A stretch of 64,000 nt of DNA from Octopus sinensis (GCF_006345805.1 NC_042997.1:103106001-103170000); one strand, 5' to 3'. Shown: positions 27,479 to 40,992, counted from the first letter of the stretch. The notes: generated by a model not told the origin, from the letters alone. A program made the numbers and translations.

Positions 27479-27924
27479 CTAGCAGTATAGCCCGGCGTTG
27501 CTCGGGTTTGTTTTTTAGTTGCGCTTAAAACGGCAGACTTCGATGTCGCGTTAATACAGTTTTGACATAGTTTCAATCTTTTTTGAAAAGTAAAAATTTT
27601 GCATTATGTAGCTTGTTATTCTCTTTAAGTGAACATTTTTCTGGTTGAAATACACCGAAAAATGGCGACACAGCAGTCAAAACAATCGTAAAAAATAGGG
27701 ATTTTCATAGAAAAAAAAAGCACCTTTTTGATGTAAATAATTTTTGGTCTTAACATGGTCCGATTTGATTTTTTTCTTCTACGGAATGAAGAGCAAGCCT
27801 TCTTCTATCATACTCTCAATTTTGGTCAACTTGCGCCGCAGGGTCTCGCAGGAGATAGTGTTAGTTGAAGGCTACCAAACCTGCCACACACACACACAGA
27901 CAACTTCAGCTTTATATGTATAGA
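27479..27924 (-). mobile_element. 446-bp non-autonomous Helitron
   Basis: On the minus strand: A|TCTATACATATAAAGCTG 5' end, and ACCCGAGCAACGCCGGG hairpin followed by CTAG|T at the 3' end. A-T insertion site, no TSD. Confidence 0.85.
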
Positions 27925-29485
27925 TTATTAAATTAGAAGTAAATATTAACGATGTCAATATATTTAGAACAATATAATTGCATTGATGTTGTCGCCAATT
28001 AAGGTGTTGCGCATTGCTAATACAATTATATACCAATCTGCTGAGCGATAATAGTTGAAAGAAACTAAAACACTAGATTTTATCTAAAAAAAACTAAATC
28101 AATTTCAACCGATCTGAAAGAATTTAGTGTGTGCAAATTAGCGGCTGGAGATATGAGAACTAACATTTTAAGATGAGTAGAAATTTGGCGCATGAATCAT
28201 TTGAAGAGTCGGAGTTTATCCAAGTTAAAAGCGCTCCACAAATATTTGTAGATGCATACTTACTTCTAAGAATCCAAGAATCAAATAAAATAAAAAATAA
28301 GTTCTCAACGGACGATCAATGCTGATTTTAAGACCTATGTAGGCTTGTAAAATCCAGCAAAACTGTTTAGTCACAGTTACAATAAGAATTTTGATATTGT
28401 TTTATAGCAGGATCCAACGCATTTTGTAAAAAATATATTTGTAAATACAAACAACATTATTTCTACTAACAGGATAAAAGTATAACAACCGAAATCGTTA
28501 TTTCTACATTCTTAACTGCGTATATTTAGATATGCCAGAGATTAATTTCCTGTGTATTTTAACACATCTACCTAACCCTGTATATTTATCTAACCTTTAA
28601 TGTATCGCAAGCTTTAGTCAACTTATCTACCTGTTTCACCATTCACGTGTACCAAACTGATTCATTATTTAATAATAGAATATACTTCTAAAGGTACAGA
28701 TTCTACTTAGTGTCAAAATTATTAAAAATTATGTAAATAATAGTTTCTATAATGAAAGCAACTACCAAATTCCAGATTTATGGCACGAAACAAATGTGAG
28801 ATAAATATCTTTGTATAGCATATTGTAGCTTGCATTTTCAGAGAATCTGGTACCTTTGAATTCTGCACGTTTGAATTCGTAACCCTGATTTGATACTCTA
28901 TCTATTTTGCAGAAGTAGGACTATAACAATCAAATCAAGCACATTACATGCCTAGTTGTTATTTCAAATTCTAGGAAAGGAAAGATAATGTGAACTACAA
29001 AGAATCTTGGAGCCAGAATTAAAATTTAAATCTACTGATCTTAAGAAAAGAAGCAATCAAATAACATTCAAGTGTAAAATTCGGAATATAAACTTTTATT
29101 TAAAAGATGCCATCTTAAACTATACAAACTTGAATGTTACTATGTAACAGAGAACAAAAGCAAACTGCTAAATGAGCTTACAAAATTCTTCTTAGAATGC
29201 ACTACTTATGTAGGATATGATGTCAGAACAGGTCAATCCTCTTCGTTTTAGTACCGCAGTAACTTTCAACTATCAAAGTCTAGGGCATCGTATTATTCGA
29301 CTGATGGGAAGATTCACATTGAATCTTCCCATCAGTCTTGATCTAGCGTGACCCTACTTGATGTTCTGTTTATAGAAACTCAGTTAAGTTATTAAAACCA
29401 TTTCATAGCCCTTGAGAGTTGAAGAGATATGTTGTCAAAGAATTTTAAGATACGAATCCGTTTACATAATGCTGTGGGTATTTCT

Positions 29486-29519
29486 TCTATTTCTTCTTCT
29501 TCTTCTTCTTCTTCTTCTT

Positions 29520-29550
<31 letters not shown>

Positions 29551-29560
29551 AACTAATCCT

Positions 29561-29650
<90 letters not shown>
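29486..29650. repeat. Compound (TTC)n-(CTA)n-(GAT)n-(AAT)n microsatellite
   Basis: Direct reading of the sequence. Confidence 0.9.
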
Positions 29651-29653
<3 letters not shown>

Positions 29654-29820
29654 GTTTCAGATTTTGCTACAAGGGCAGCAATTTTGTGGGAGGGGTGAGT
29701 CGATTACATCGATCCTAGTGTTCATCTGGTACTTAATTCATCGACCCCCACCCCAAGAGGATGAAAGGCAAAGTCAACCTCGCGGGAATTTGAATTCAGA
29801 ACGAAGCGACGGGCGAAATA
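29650..29820 (-). mobile_element. SINE family B between TAA tracts
   Basis: GGTTTCAGATTTTGCTACAAGG...GGATGAAAGGCAAAGTCAACCTC...TTTGAATTCAGAACG. Confidence 0.8.
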
Positions 29821-29847
29821 TTATTATTAATAATAATAATAATAATG

Positions 29848-29898
<51 letters not shown>

Positions 29899-30966
29899 TC
29901 CTTATTGGCACGATGGTCTTTGCCATGTCCACTTTGATGCATTCGAGAAACGCATCTGGTATCTGTCATCCTGTTGGAAACAACTACATTTGCGAAGAAC
30001 TTTGTTAATAGCAAAATTTTCTTATGTTTTTGTACTCAGAGTGTATTTACTCTCCTATCAATATTTCATCGGGATAGAACCCGTAAGCGTGAAGGGCTTC
30101 GAATTTCACTTTATTTGGAGAAGGGACGGTTACTCTTCACTAGAGATGGGCTCCGTTTCACAGGTGATGATATCTTAATTAGCAAAGTAGACAGGGTAAT
30201 TAATTTTTTTCCCCTGCAACTTAAGATTTTTCCCGGAATCGCATTGTGTACTTATAACTCCACCCATATTACTTCACAAAGGTGATATCTGCTATGCTTC
30301 TAAATGGTTCACCTATTTTATGTAGCATCTTATAATGCCGCTGAATTTCAATTTGTCTCTGAGCCTCGTATCATTGCAAAACATCAGGAAGACAGTGTTC
30401 TATATTTTGTCTTTCTGTGTATAAAATATTCATATACGTGCCAGAGCTTCCTTTAACTGGTCCTTTTAAGAATTTGAAAAAAAGACTCTTCTCCTTTCAT
30501 GACGATTCTCCTAAATGAATTCTTTGTGCAAGGTGATGGAGTATATCAACGCAATTTTGCCACTATTCCATTTAATCAAGGTATCCTTGGCCGGAATACT
30601 AGCCTGCGGTATACAGCTCGCTTGGATATTTAAAAACTTCCCAGGTTCCGCTCTCTATGAAACATGTAGCCCGGATCTTATCTATTCCATGTCTTAACTC
30701 TTTTTATTCTTATTCGCATACCCGACAACCCTGGTCATCAACCGTAAAATATTAAAAAAAAATCTTTTTTCGGTTCATCGTACTTCGATGCGAAAAAAAT
30801 CGACAACCTTCCGTCTCAATAACCCAGTATTGTCCCTGAAAATTGTATTTTATATTTACTACGGATTGCTTGAAGGTAACTGTCTTTCTACACCTTTATC
30901 TTATTTATATATACATATATATACATACACACGCGCGCACGCATGTACACACTTACACACACACAC

Positions 30967-31025
<59 letters not shown>

Positions 31026-31746
31026 AAGAATTTTATCTCGTGGAGCAGTGCTGAGGAGGCAGGGCTCGAAGCCTACATAGTCATTTATAAAGTCACGGAA
31101 TGAGACGAAATGAATTTGACAGACTAACGAATTAATTGATCGATTGATTAACTATTTGATTAGTGATAAAACTGAAGTGAAACGTAATCATTGCGTTCTT
31201 ATTGGTGCTACTGCCTTTCCAAAATATAACAGCTTCGAATTATTTTAGGAGTTAATAGTTGGCAATGATAAAATTTATCTCAGTCAAATATGTGACAATT
31301 GAGTGTAAGAGTATCTCAATTGAAAGAATTCCTAAGACGTTCTTATTTACATTCGTGTAAGAAATTCGATTAAAATCATCGACCTACTGGCGTAAAGAAA
31401 AATATCTCATTTAGGTTTTTACGCAATATAATATAAAGATGGTAACGGTGAGCAGAAAATAGAATACAAAAGTATTTGTTGACTGGATTTTAGGAAAGCG
31501 AACTTATTTTCTTTGCTCAGGCAAAACAACACTGACGGGGAGATGACACCGAAGTTTAAAGAATGTACTTGAGATTTCACCTATATGGAAGAAATAGTAA
31601 TCATTAATGATTTCCTGACATGTTAAGTGAACAACGTGTATCAACTCATTAAGCATTCTTATTGAATTAGTGTCTTACGCTTATCTTTTCTAAAATTAAC
31701 TTTTCTAAAGAAGCGAATTTCTAAACTACATTCATTGCTTTCTATC

Positions 31747-33700
31747 ATTCACCTACGGCAGGAGTGGAGGCACATGGCCTAGTGGTTAGAACAGCGGGAT
31801 CGCGGATTCGAATCTCAGACCGGGCGATGTGTGTGTTTATGAGCGAAACACCTAAGCTCCACGCGGCTTCGGCAGAAGGTAATGGCGAACTTCTACTGAC
31901 TCTTTCGCCACAACTTTCTCTCACTCTTTCCTCCTGCATCTTGCAGGTCACCTGCGACGGACAGGTGTCCCATCCAGGTGGGGAACCTATACACCAAGGA
32001 AACCGGGAAACCGGCCCTTATGAGCCAGGCGTGGCTCGAGAAGGAACAACCAACGCCAGGGGATAAATATATTCTTAAGGTCAATTACTCGCGCACAATT
32101 TCTGGCCTCATCACTAATTCATTTCCCAACCAAACTAAATGCAGTTCTCTTTAGCAATGATGGTCCATTGCTAAGCTACATTTTGAGATAAAATAATAGA
32201 AATTTGGTTCATTAAAAAAAAGTTAGGTCAAAATATATTAGGTTAAAAATGTGAAAATAAGGCGAAAAATGGACTTTATATAAAAATATCTCAGTTATTC
32301 TAAAATCAAATTATAGATTAATTGAGTTTAAAAGAACGTGCTCATTGAAAATAATCTTCTAGTGAAAACCTCGTCAAAACGTATTAGCTAGGAAACAAAT
32401 AGTGTGGCTTCAAATGGCGAGAAAACCGGTAAAATTAAATTGAATCAAAATAGCTCAGCTATTGTAAAGGAAAACTGTACAATAGTTGTATTCAAACGAA
32501 AGAAATCTACGAGGGAAATGTTATGGTAAAATCCTCGTCAAAAAATTTTAGCTACAAAAAAAGTGGCGTGGATTTAAGTGATGAATAAATAGCAATCTTT
32601 TTAACAAATTACGATGTTAGTCATTTTAAAGTATTTAGCGTTATAAAAGACGTCATCTAATGTCATGGGTCTCTTTTTTTCTGTTTTCTTAAGGCATTTA
32701 ACCGATCTTCTTAGCTATTATCACTGCTCTTCTGTGTTTGAGATTTCCTTTATTTTTTTGTAATATACAAACTCACTCCGCCCTTCAAAGTTATTCTTAA
32801 GGTCAAATTTTAGTTACCAGATTTTCTGGGCTTCATCATTAATTCAGTTCTAAAAACAGATTGAAAGCAGTATTCTTATCATTCACCTACGGCAGTGATT
32901 AAATATACTCTTACGGTCAACTTTTACTAACTTACGCACACTTCTATACTTCATTATTAATTTAGTTCTCAACCAAATTGAATGTGATTCTTTCAGCAAT
33001 GATGGTTCATTCCTAAGCTACATTTTGAGATTAAAATGATAGAAATTTGGTTCGTTGAAAATAGTTAGGTCAAAAATGTTAAAATAAGGTGAAAATCTTA
33101 GTTATTTTAAAAGACAAGTATAGATTGAGTTTAAAAGAATTTACTCATTGAGAAGAATCTTCCAGTGAAAACCTCGTTGAAAGTATTTGCTGGGAAAAAT
33201 TGTGTGGCTTTAAGTAAGGAAAAAATGGTAAGTAGCCACCACAATTTATTTTGAATCAAAATAGTTCAGCTATTATGAAAGAAAACTATTCAACAGTTGT
33301 GTTCAAATAAAAAAAAAAGCTCTATGAGATGAATGTTATGGTGAAAATGTCAAAAAGTATTAGCTACAATTTGTCCTTTTAAGACATTTAGCAGTGTGAA
33401 AAGCGGTATCTGCTGTTTATGAGTCGCTTAGCTTAATCATACAGCGTGCTTAACTGGAGTTTGGGAGCCACGATCCTCAATGCCCTGTAGCGCCTTGCTG
33501 GTTACTTTTTCCCGTTTACTAAGTGTATTTAACCAACCATCAACGCTGTTTTGACAGGTATTCTGCGTTCGTGATTTACTTCAAATGGAAAAACTCTATG
33601 GGAAGAATCTTATGGTGAAAACCTTGTCAAAAAATATTAACTACAAAGAATTTGTGTGGCTTAAAGTAACGAAAAATGGTGATAATTTTTAGAAATCAAA
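31747..33700 (+). repeat. Diverged tandem duplication (~840-bp period) with nested ~170-bp and ~120-bp subrepeats
   Basis: ATTCACCTACGGCAG at 31747 and 32881; GCTAAGCTACATTTTGAGAT-type block at ~32170 and ~33012; GGTGAAAACCTCGTCAAAA-like subunit at ~32360, 32525, 33165, 33340 and 33615. Confidence 0.75.
31762..32062 (+). mobile_element. tRNA-derived SINE (family A variant) inserted in the first tandem unit
   Basis: GGAGGCACATGGCCTAGTGGTTAG head and GGATTCGAATCTC B-box. It is absent from the second unit. Confidence 0.85.
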
Positions 33701-35579
33701 ATAATTTTGTTTTTTTAAGAGAAAAGTAATATTATTTGAATTCCAATGAAATATTTCATGGAGACAAATATTTTGGAGAAAGCTCCGCCTAAAAATGATA
33801 AGCATGAAAATGTTATGATTTTTGAGATTTCATATTTATTTTTAGACTTATTATGCGTTAAATATGTACATATGAAAAACATTAAAATAAAAAAATTCAT
33901 TCACAAAAAAATTAATAATTAATTAGAATGTAACATAATTTTATGATAAAAATTGTTCAAAATATATAGTTATTTGTAACAGATTTGCTGCTATTAATTC
34001 TGTTTTTTTAGGTGTAAACAAAATTTCTAAGTTGTATATAAAAATATTTCCAATAATAACCTTTTTTCAATTATTAGGATAATTTTATTAATCATAATAA
34101 TAGAAGCGTCACTTGGTAAAAACAAAAGATGACTAGAATGAAAAATGCGGACACAGAACCAGAGAATATTTTTAAGTGTTGAACCTAGAAAAGTATAGAA
34201 CTAACGATAATTAAGCTTGGAAAAGTACAGGACAAGAGGATAATCATTTTCAGAAATTGTTCATCGAATGGAGTGTGCACTGTTTTATTTTTATATTTTA
34301 CTTTTTATAGCAAATTTTCTTATTTAAAAGTTTCTTTGTATTAAACCAAAATTTTTGTCTTATTTTTGGTATTATATTATCTTTTAAATTATATTTTCTT
34401 AACAAAAACTCATTATCCAAAAATTCTTGATCACAGATATTGTGTGATAAATTTAAATTTATGTAGAATATATAATTGAAAAGGATAAAAAAAAAATAGT
34501 AAAAAAATGTTTTAAGGAAACAAAAGAACGAATTTTTTTTAAAGTTTGCATTATCAGGTAACAAAGTATTTTCTGTTTACAGTTAGAAAACTATTTTAAA
34601 AATTAAACTAATGAACAAATTGAATGCAAAATATAGAAACGGCCCTCTAGCTTATCCTAAAAGCTTGGGTGTTATAATAATCAATTTTGCTTAAATTGCT
34701 ATTATGTGATTGTTTAAATATATAAAATTGTTATATCAAATTTTTAATGTAAACCTGTAATTTGTAAACTTTCACTGAAACTGAAAATAAACAACTTTTT
34801 GAGTATTTAAATTTAAACTTTGAAGTAAGATTTAAAAATATAAAAGTGCATTTATTACTACTTTAGTTTCTAAATTCTAACTTTAGCAGCAATATCTTAA
34901 GTTTTTTTTTGTTTGTTTGTTGTCCTGTACTTTTCCACGTTTAATTAATGAATGTTCTGTATTTTCCAGATTCAAGACTTAAGAATTTTCTAGGATTCTG
35001 CGTCCGCCTTGTTTATTCCAATTGGTTTAATTTATCATCACATTATATACTCGAACCAACTGCATCTTTTGCGAAGTCATTTTTTTTATAAGCGCGAATA
35101 GTATGTTAGATAATTAACGAAAAACAAAATGAGTGAACAAATAAATATATATTTAAAGATTATCATCACATTTATGCAATTAACAACTTACAGGAAATTT
35201 GGTCCTTCATACTAATGAACGAAATTATACATATCCGACTCAAAAATATAATTTAGAGAATAATGAAAATTTCCGGTCAACACTTGAATAAAGTAATTCA
35301 AAAGCACTTAACATAATTAGATATTGGATTCAAATTTTGGAATAATGCCAGCAATTTCGGGTGAGTGATAAGCCAATTACAACGACTCCCGTTGCCAGCA
35401 TGTATTTGTTTTATTGACGCAGAATAGATGAAAGACAAAGTCGACCAGAGCGGAATTTGAACTCAGAACATGAAGATGGAAGCAATACCGCTAAGCATTT
35501 TGTCCCGTGTATTAACGATTCTGATAGCTAACCACCTTACAATACTTAATTTAATATTAAATATTGAATATTAGATTAA

Positions 35580-36420
35580 AGTGGCGAGCTGGCAGAATCG
35601 CTAGCATATCGGACAGATTAGCATCGTTTTGTCCGTCTTCCCGTTTTGAGTTCAGATTGCGACGAGGCTGACTTTGCCTTTCGGGATCGATAAAATAAGT
35701 ACAAGTAAAGTGCTGGGTTTGATGTAATCGGTTCACTTCCCCTCTTGACATTGCTAGGATTGTACCAAAATTTGAAACTAACATTAGATTAAGGCGGTGA
35801 ACTGGCAGAATCGGTAGGATGCTGGGCGAAGTGCTTAGTGGCAGTTTGTTCGTCTTCAGGTTTTGAGTTCAAATTCCAACGAGGCCGACTTTGCATTTCA
35901 TTCGGTTGGAGTCGATAAAATAAGTAACAGCTAAGCACTGGGGTCGATGCAATCGGCCCTCACTACTCCCCAGAAATTGCTGGCCTTGTGCTAAAATTTA
36001 AAATTAATTTTAGATATTATCACGCGGGGCAATATCTAAGCGGCGTTTCGTCCAGCGTTAGGTTCTGAGTTCAAATACTGCTGAGGTTGACTGTATCTTT
36101 AATTTTTTCGACGTCAATAAAATAAGTGGCAGTCTAACTCCGAGGTGAACATTATCAAATAATCTCAACCCCAATCTTGCTAGCCTCTTGCAAAATTAAA
36201 ATCATTATGAAGGCAGCAAGCTGGCAGAATTGTTACCGCGTTGGAAAAAACGCTTAGCAGCTTTTCTCCCGGCTTCGCATTCTGAGTCCAATTGCACCGG
36301 GGTCGACTTTGCCAGTTTCGAGTCGATAAAATAAGTACCAGTTGATCACTGGATTTAATGAAATTGACTTGCTCCACTCTCTCAAAACATCCGGCCTTGT
36401 GCCAAAATTTAAAACCAATA
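35580..36420 (+). mobile_element. Cluster of four co-oriented SINE family B copies
   Basis: Heads at ~35582, ~35792, ~36030 (truncated) and ~36210, each with the TTCTGAGTTCAAAT...GACTTTGC...GTCGATAAAATAAGT body. Confidence 0.8.
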
Positions 36421-36523
36421 TTAAATATTTTATGTATTTGGGTTTAACATGTTAATTTAATAGGGTTGACATCATTAAGTTTACATTAACAGCACCTTGG
36501 TATATACAGATGCAGATATACAG

Positions 36524-36563
36524 ACAGATAGACAGACAGACAGACAGAGAGACAGACAGGTAT

Positions 36564-36605
<42 letters not shown>

Positions 36606-36610
36606 TGATA
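36524..36610. repeat. (GACA)n-(GATA)n microsatellite
   Basis: Direct reading of the sequence. Confidence 0.9.
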
Positions 36611-37302
36611 GGGAGAGTGGGATTTTCGTTGATCCGTTCATGCGCGTTGCTAATTAGGTGATTAGGTTACTTTACCGAATGGAGATGGGCTGATTTTCGA
36701 GGATAGATGGTAGGTCAAAAACATCAAAGTCTTTTATTAAATTTCTTGTCATTGTGTGACTCAAATTTGTGCTCACTTGACATGTTACCAAACTATAGAA
36801 AATACAATCTATGAAATTATTTTGGAAGTCTTTGAAATGTGAGTGTGCATGTATCTGTGAGCGTTTAAGGGTATGTTAGGGAGTGTGTATATTGTGAGCT
36901 GGTTGTTTAAGTGAAATTTTCCAGTTATTTTAGTAACAGTAATGAGTAAATCATTAATAATAATAATCAATGATAATCTAGTTGGTTCATTTGAGAAACT
37001 ACCGTATCTTCCTGTCTATGAAACGCATCGGTATTTAAGCCGCAGGGTCGAGTTTTGGGGGAAATTTTGGTTTTATCCCCACATAAAGTACACAGGTGTT
37101 TAAAAGGCTCCGGTGTTTAAAAGACCTATAGAGCTACGGGTCCGCAGCTAACCTTTTTATTGTTGACGTGTATGCAGTTTCAAAATGCTTCCGAGAAAGA
37201 GTTACACAACTGCCTTGAAGTTAGAATTATCAACTAAGAAAAAAATGATAACAGAGCCACAGCAAGACAGTACAACATAAATGAATCCAATCAAGAATAC
37301 AA

Positions 37303-38044
37303 ATAGGGTTTGCGTTGTGCTACATGAATGTATCAAGGGCTGAATAGAAAAAGTACAAGGAGAAGAAGTTAGACGAAAGCAGAGCAAACGGGAAACCAGA
37401 TGAAAACTTAACGGACGGGAAATTAGACAAAAACACGATACACGGAATATTCGATTCAATGACACAAAATATCAAAAACGTGTCGCGCCAGTTCCCATTG
37501 ATACTGCTCAATATTGCCGGCGCCAGTGCTTTTTATTATGCTACTGAGAAATGGCTATATGCAACGAAAAAATAACAATTATGCATATACCACAGATACA
37601 ATAGAAAGAGCTTTGCCGCTATCGAACTAGGTTAGTGGGGTTGCGCAAAAAAAGAACTGGAGTAAGTCGCAGAGAACACAGCGGGAGCCGAAGTCAGCAA
37701 TTCTTTGTTGTATTTATATAATGTCTTGTTTGTTTCTGTCTCAGTACTCATTCGCTAGCTTTTTCTCAGTAGTTTAATAAAAAGCACAGACGTCAGAAAA
37801 ATTGAGCAGTATCAATGGTAATTGGCTCGAAACTGCCATGATATTTTGCGTCTATATTTTGCCATAATATCTTGACTGAAGGAAGCCCAGCTGCAAATAT
37901 TCTGTATATCGTGTCTTTGTCTAATTTCCCGTCCGTTAAGTTTTCTTCTAGTTTTCCGTTTGCTCTGCTTTCGTCCAACTTCTCCGTGATGTATTGTTTC
38001 TGATCAACATTTGATACAAACATGTAGCACAACGCATACCTTGT
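37303..38044. mobile_element. ~740-bp fold-back/MITE with ~210-240-bp imperfect TIRs
   Basis: Left arm TGCGTTGTGCTACATGAATGTATCAA...GACGAAAGCAGAGCAAACGGGAAAC...AACTTAACGGACGGGAAATTAGACAAA...CATTGATACTGCTCAAT is the reverse complement of ~37800-38044. Confidence 0.8.
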
Positions 38045-38049
38045 TTGTG

Positions 38050-38083
<34 letters not shown>

Positions 38084-38573
38084 ATCGGAATAGTATTCGT
38101 TTACTTAATGATTTCATGTATAACAGTTACACTGTGACACATAATTTTCAGTCATTCAAAACGCACAAAAGGTGTGAAATTTAACTTTCCTTTCTTTCTT
38201 GGTGTGTCAAAAGTTAAGTTTTTGTGTGCAACTTAGTCACAGTCCTGCGGTAAAGTCGTCTGCAGCTTTTGTGTTTCTTAATGGCTAGACCTGTTCCATT
38301 ATAATGTCACTGTTGTATATATATATACATATATATAATATTGTGTGTATAAAGAGAGAGAGAGAAGGGGAGAAGGATATGTATTTAGGTACACCTCGTA
38401 AAGCTGATTAAATTGACTATACTCACCATTGCCCACTAAAATAACAATAGAAATGTAAAAAAAAAAAAAACATACACACACAGGTGCTTAAAAAATGCAT
38501 GCAAGAAAATATAAATATATGTGCAGCTGTATACATTTAAATTCTTTGCCCGATGACAAGGACAGAAACAGAA

Positions 38574-38577
<4 letters not shown>

Positions 38578-38669
<92 letters not shown>

Positions 38670-38680
38670 TATATATATAT
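38578..38680. repeat. (CT)n-(TA)n microsatellite
   Basis: Direct reading of the sequence. Confidence 0.95.
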
Positions 38681-40670
38681 GCACGGGTACGCAGAAATTC
38701 CGGGATGTTGTCCGGTGTACTGAAAGACCGTTGGGAGTGAGGCAACCCTCAGCTTCTGTCGAAGCACGTCTCTAGGAGAAGGTCACTCTGATATAAAAAC
38801 AGATATGCAGGGAATGGTATTGGACATTTTGGGGATCTTCGGTTTGTGCTAAGAAATCATGGCGTTCCCACAGTCCTGAACCTGCGACTCATATTGGCAC
38901 CAGACATTTTGCTTCCACTTACTTCTGGATAATGCCAATGAAGTGGAGAGAGTCTGTGAGATGTCGTGCAAGCCTTATTGGACCTAAAACTTTGCACAGG
39001 CATTGCTGACCTCTGCTCGATATGTGCTGCTTTTTTACCTGTACATTTTTATTTCATTTTACAGTATATATGTATCTTTATTTTTAGTACATATTTATAT
39101 ATTTATATTTTCAGTATATTTTAATTTTATTCTTATTCTCAAGTCCTGCGGCGATGGGAAGGTGGTGAAACATGCAGACCTGACGGGTTGGAAGCATGTA
39201 GTCAGCGACCTGCACATGGGCGGCCCATGCTAGATATAAAGTTGTCTCCTTGTTGTCCAAGACAGTGGTAGGATTCAGTTGCTGAATGTAGGTCTGAGCA
39301 GCTCCATTTGGAGAGGGAACTGCTCACCCGGATGCCGGGGATGTTCTAGAAAAGGTGAACCAAAAATTGCCTGTCTTTCAATATCTGGTCAGTTTAGTGC
39401 GACTGACGGATGTCCACCCTTCACTCGAAAACAAAGAGACTTTTATTTTTATAATCTGGATGGAACTTGAACATTTCATGTTGGAATGTACGCACTCTGC
39501 TTTGTTGAATAACAAGAGTGATTGTAGACCTGAAAGACGCACTGCACTTGTTGCTTGCGAGCTGAACTGTTATAACATTGATATAGCTGCACTTTCAGAG
39601 ACTAGTATAGAAGGTGATGGTCAACTCGAGGAAGTAGGCGGTGGATACACCTCTTTTTGGAAGAGGAGGCAGAAGGGGGAACGCTGAGAGACTGGTTTTA
39701 GCTCTGCAGTTCAAAGCTGGAGGAGCTTCCTGTTCCTACAAATCAAATGGACGTCTAATGACTCTACGATTGCACCTGAAAGGTGGGCGGTTTGCTACTC
39801 TAATAAATGCCTATGCACCTACTTCGACTAGTTGTGATGAAGATAAAACTATTTTTATACCCAGCTGAGAACCATACTTAGGAAAATTCCCAATTCTGAT
39901 AAAGTCATTGGGGGATTTCAATGCCCGGGTTGGAACAGACTGGTAAATATGGAACTCTCTATCGATCTTCTGGTCGCTTCTTTAATCTGCGCCGATTTGC
40001 TGCCAATTCAAATGTTTTCTAGTTTCTTATTCGTGACCTCCTTTATACAGATGACTGTGACTTAGTCACTCATACAGTGGATGACATGGATATATTTATG
40101 AATAGCATTTTTGCTTCTTGCAAGGCATTTGGACTCAGCATTAGACTGGACAAAACTGTTGTAATGTTCTAGCCTGTACCTAGAAATCCATATGTGGAAC
40201 CAGCTATCTTGGTTGAAGGAACAACTCTGAGAGTGGTAGACAAGTTTGTCTAATTGGGCAGTATACTCAGCCGTTCTTGCTCCCTGAATGATGAAATATC
40301 TTTCAGGCTGCAGAGAGCAATTGATTCCTTCCGGTCCTTTCTGTCTCGTGCCTGGTTCCAGCATGACATCCCAAAGCAAACAAAAATTGATGTTTACCGT
40401 GGTTGTATACTGACATCGCTCCTTTACTCATGTGAGACATGGACGCTTTACAAACGTCATATAAGGGTCCTTGACGCTTTCATCAGAGATGTCGCAGACA
40501 CATTCTGAATGTTGGCTGGACCTTAAAAACTCCAGATACATAGGTCCTAAGAACAGCTAGTGTCTTGAGTATTAAGGCGATGGTGCACAAGCACCGGTTA
40601 CGTTGGACTGGGCACGTTATTAGAATGAAGGATAGCAGGATCCCTAAGCAGATGCTATATGAGAACTTGT
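38681..40670 (+). mobile_element. RTE-clade (BovB-like) LINE, degraded and internally deleted
   Basis: Endonuclease RPERRTALVACELNCYNIDIAALSET, LINAYAPT, GDFNARVG. At ~39960 it jumps to the RT C-terminus LIRDLLYTDDCDL and then LLYSCETWTLYKRHI. Confidence 0.88.
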
Positions 40671-40992
40671 TTCAGGCATTGTGCCTTTAGTAGAAAGGAT
40701 TATTATTGTTGTTGCCAGTTTGAAGAATAAAAAAAAATTCCACGTAGAGATAATGTCGGCAAGTCCCCCACGAAATAAGGCAACTTAAATGATAATAAAA
40801 AAAGGAACTAATCAGCAGACGAAGGCTCGCCTATTCTCCACTCTGGTCCAGAATGACGTGAAAGCACAGCTACTTTCCGGAGAAAATAAAGATTTTTCAA
40901 AAACAAAAAATAAATAAATAAAATAAAATAAATGAAATAGAGCCGAGGTCAACTTGGCTTACCTTGCTGACAGCCATAATAATAATAATAAT

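Noticed and set aside
30040-30196. Possible plus-strand exon in ORF 29974-30285 with a pyrimidine-rich acceptor
   Set aside because: The peptide is not recognisable and the region adjoins a degraded repeat on the opposite strand.
31747-33700. CRISPR-like array
   Set aside because: The units are long, diverged and irregular, without unique fixed-length spacers, and the context is eukaryotic.
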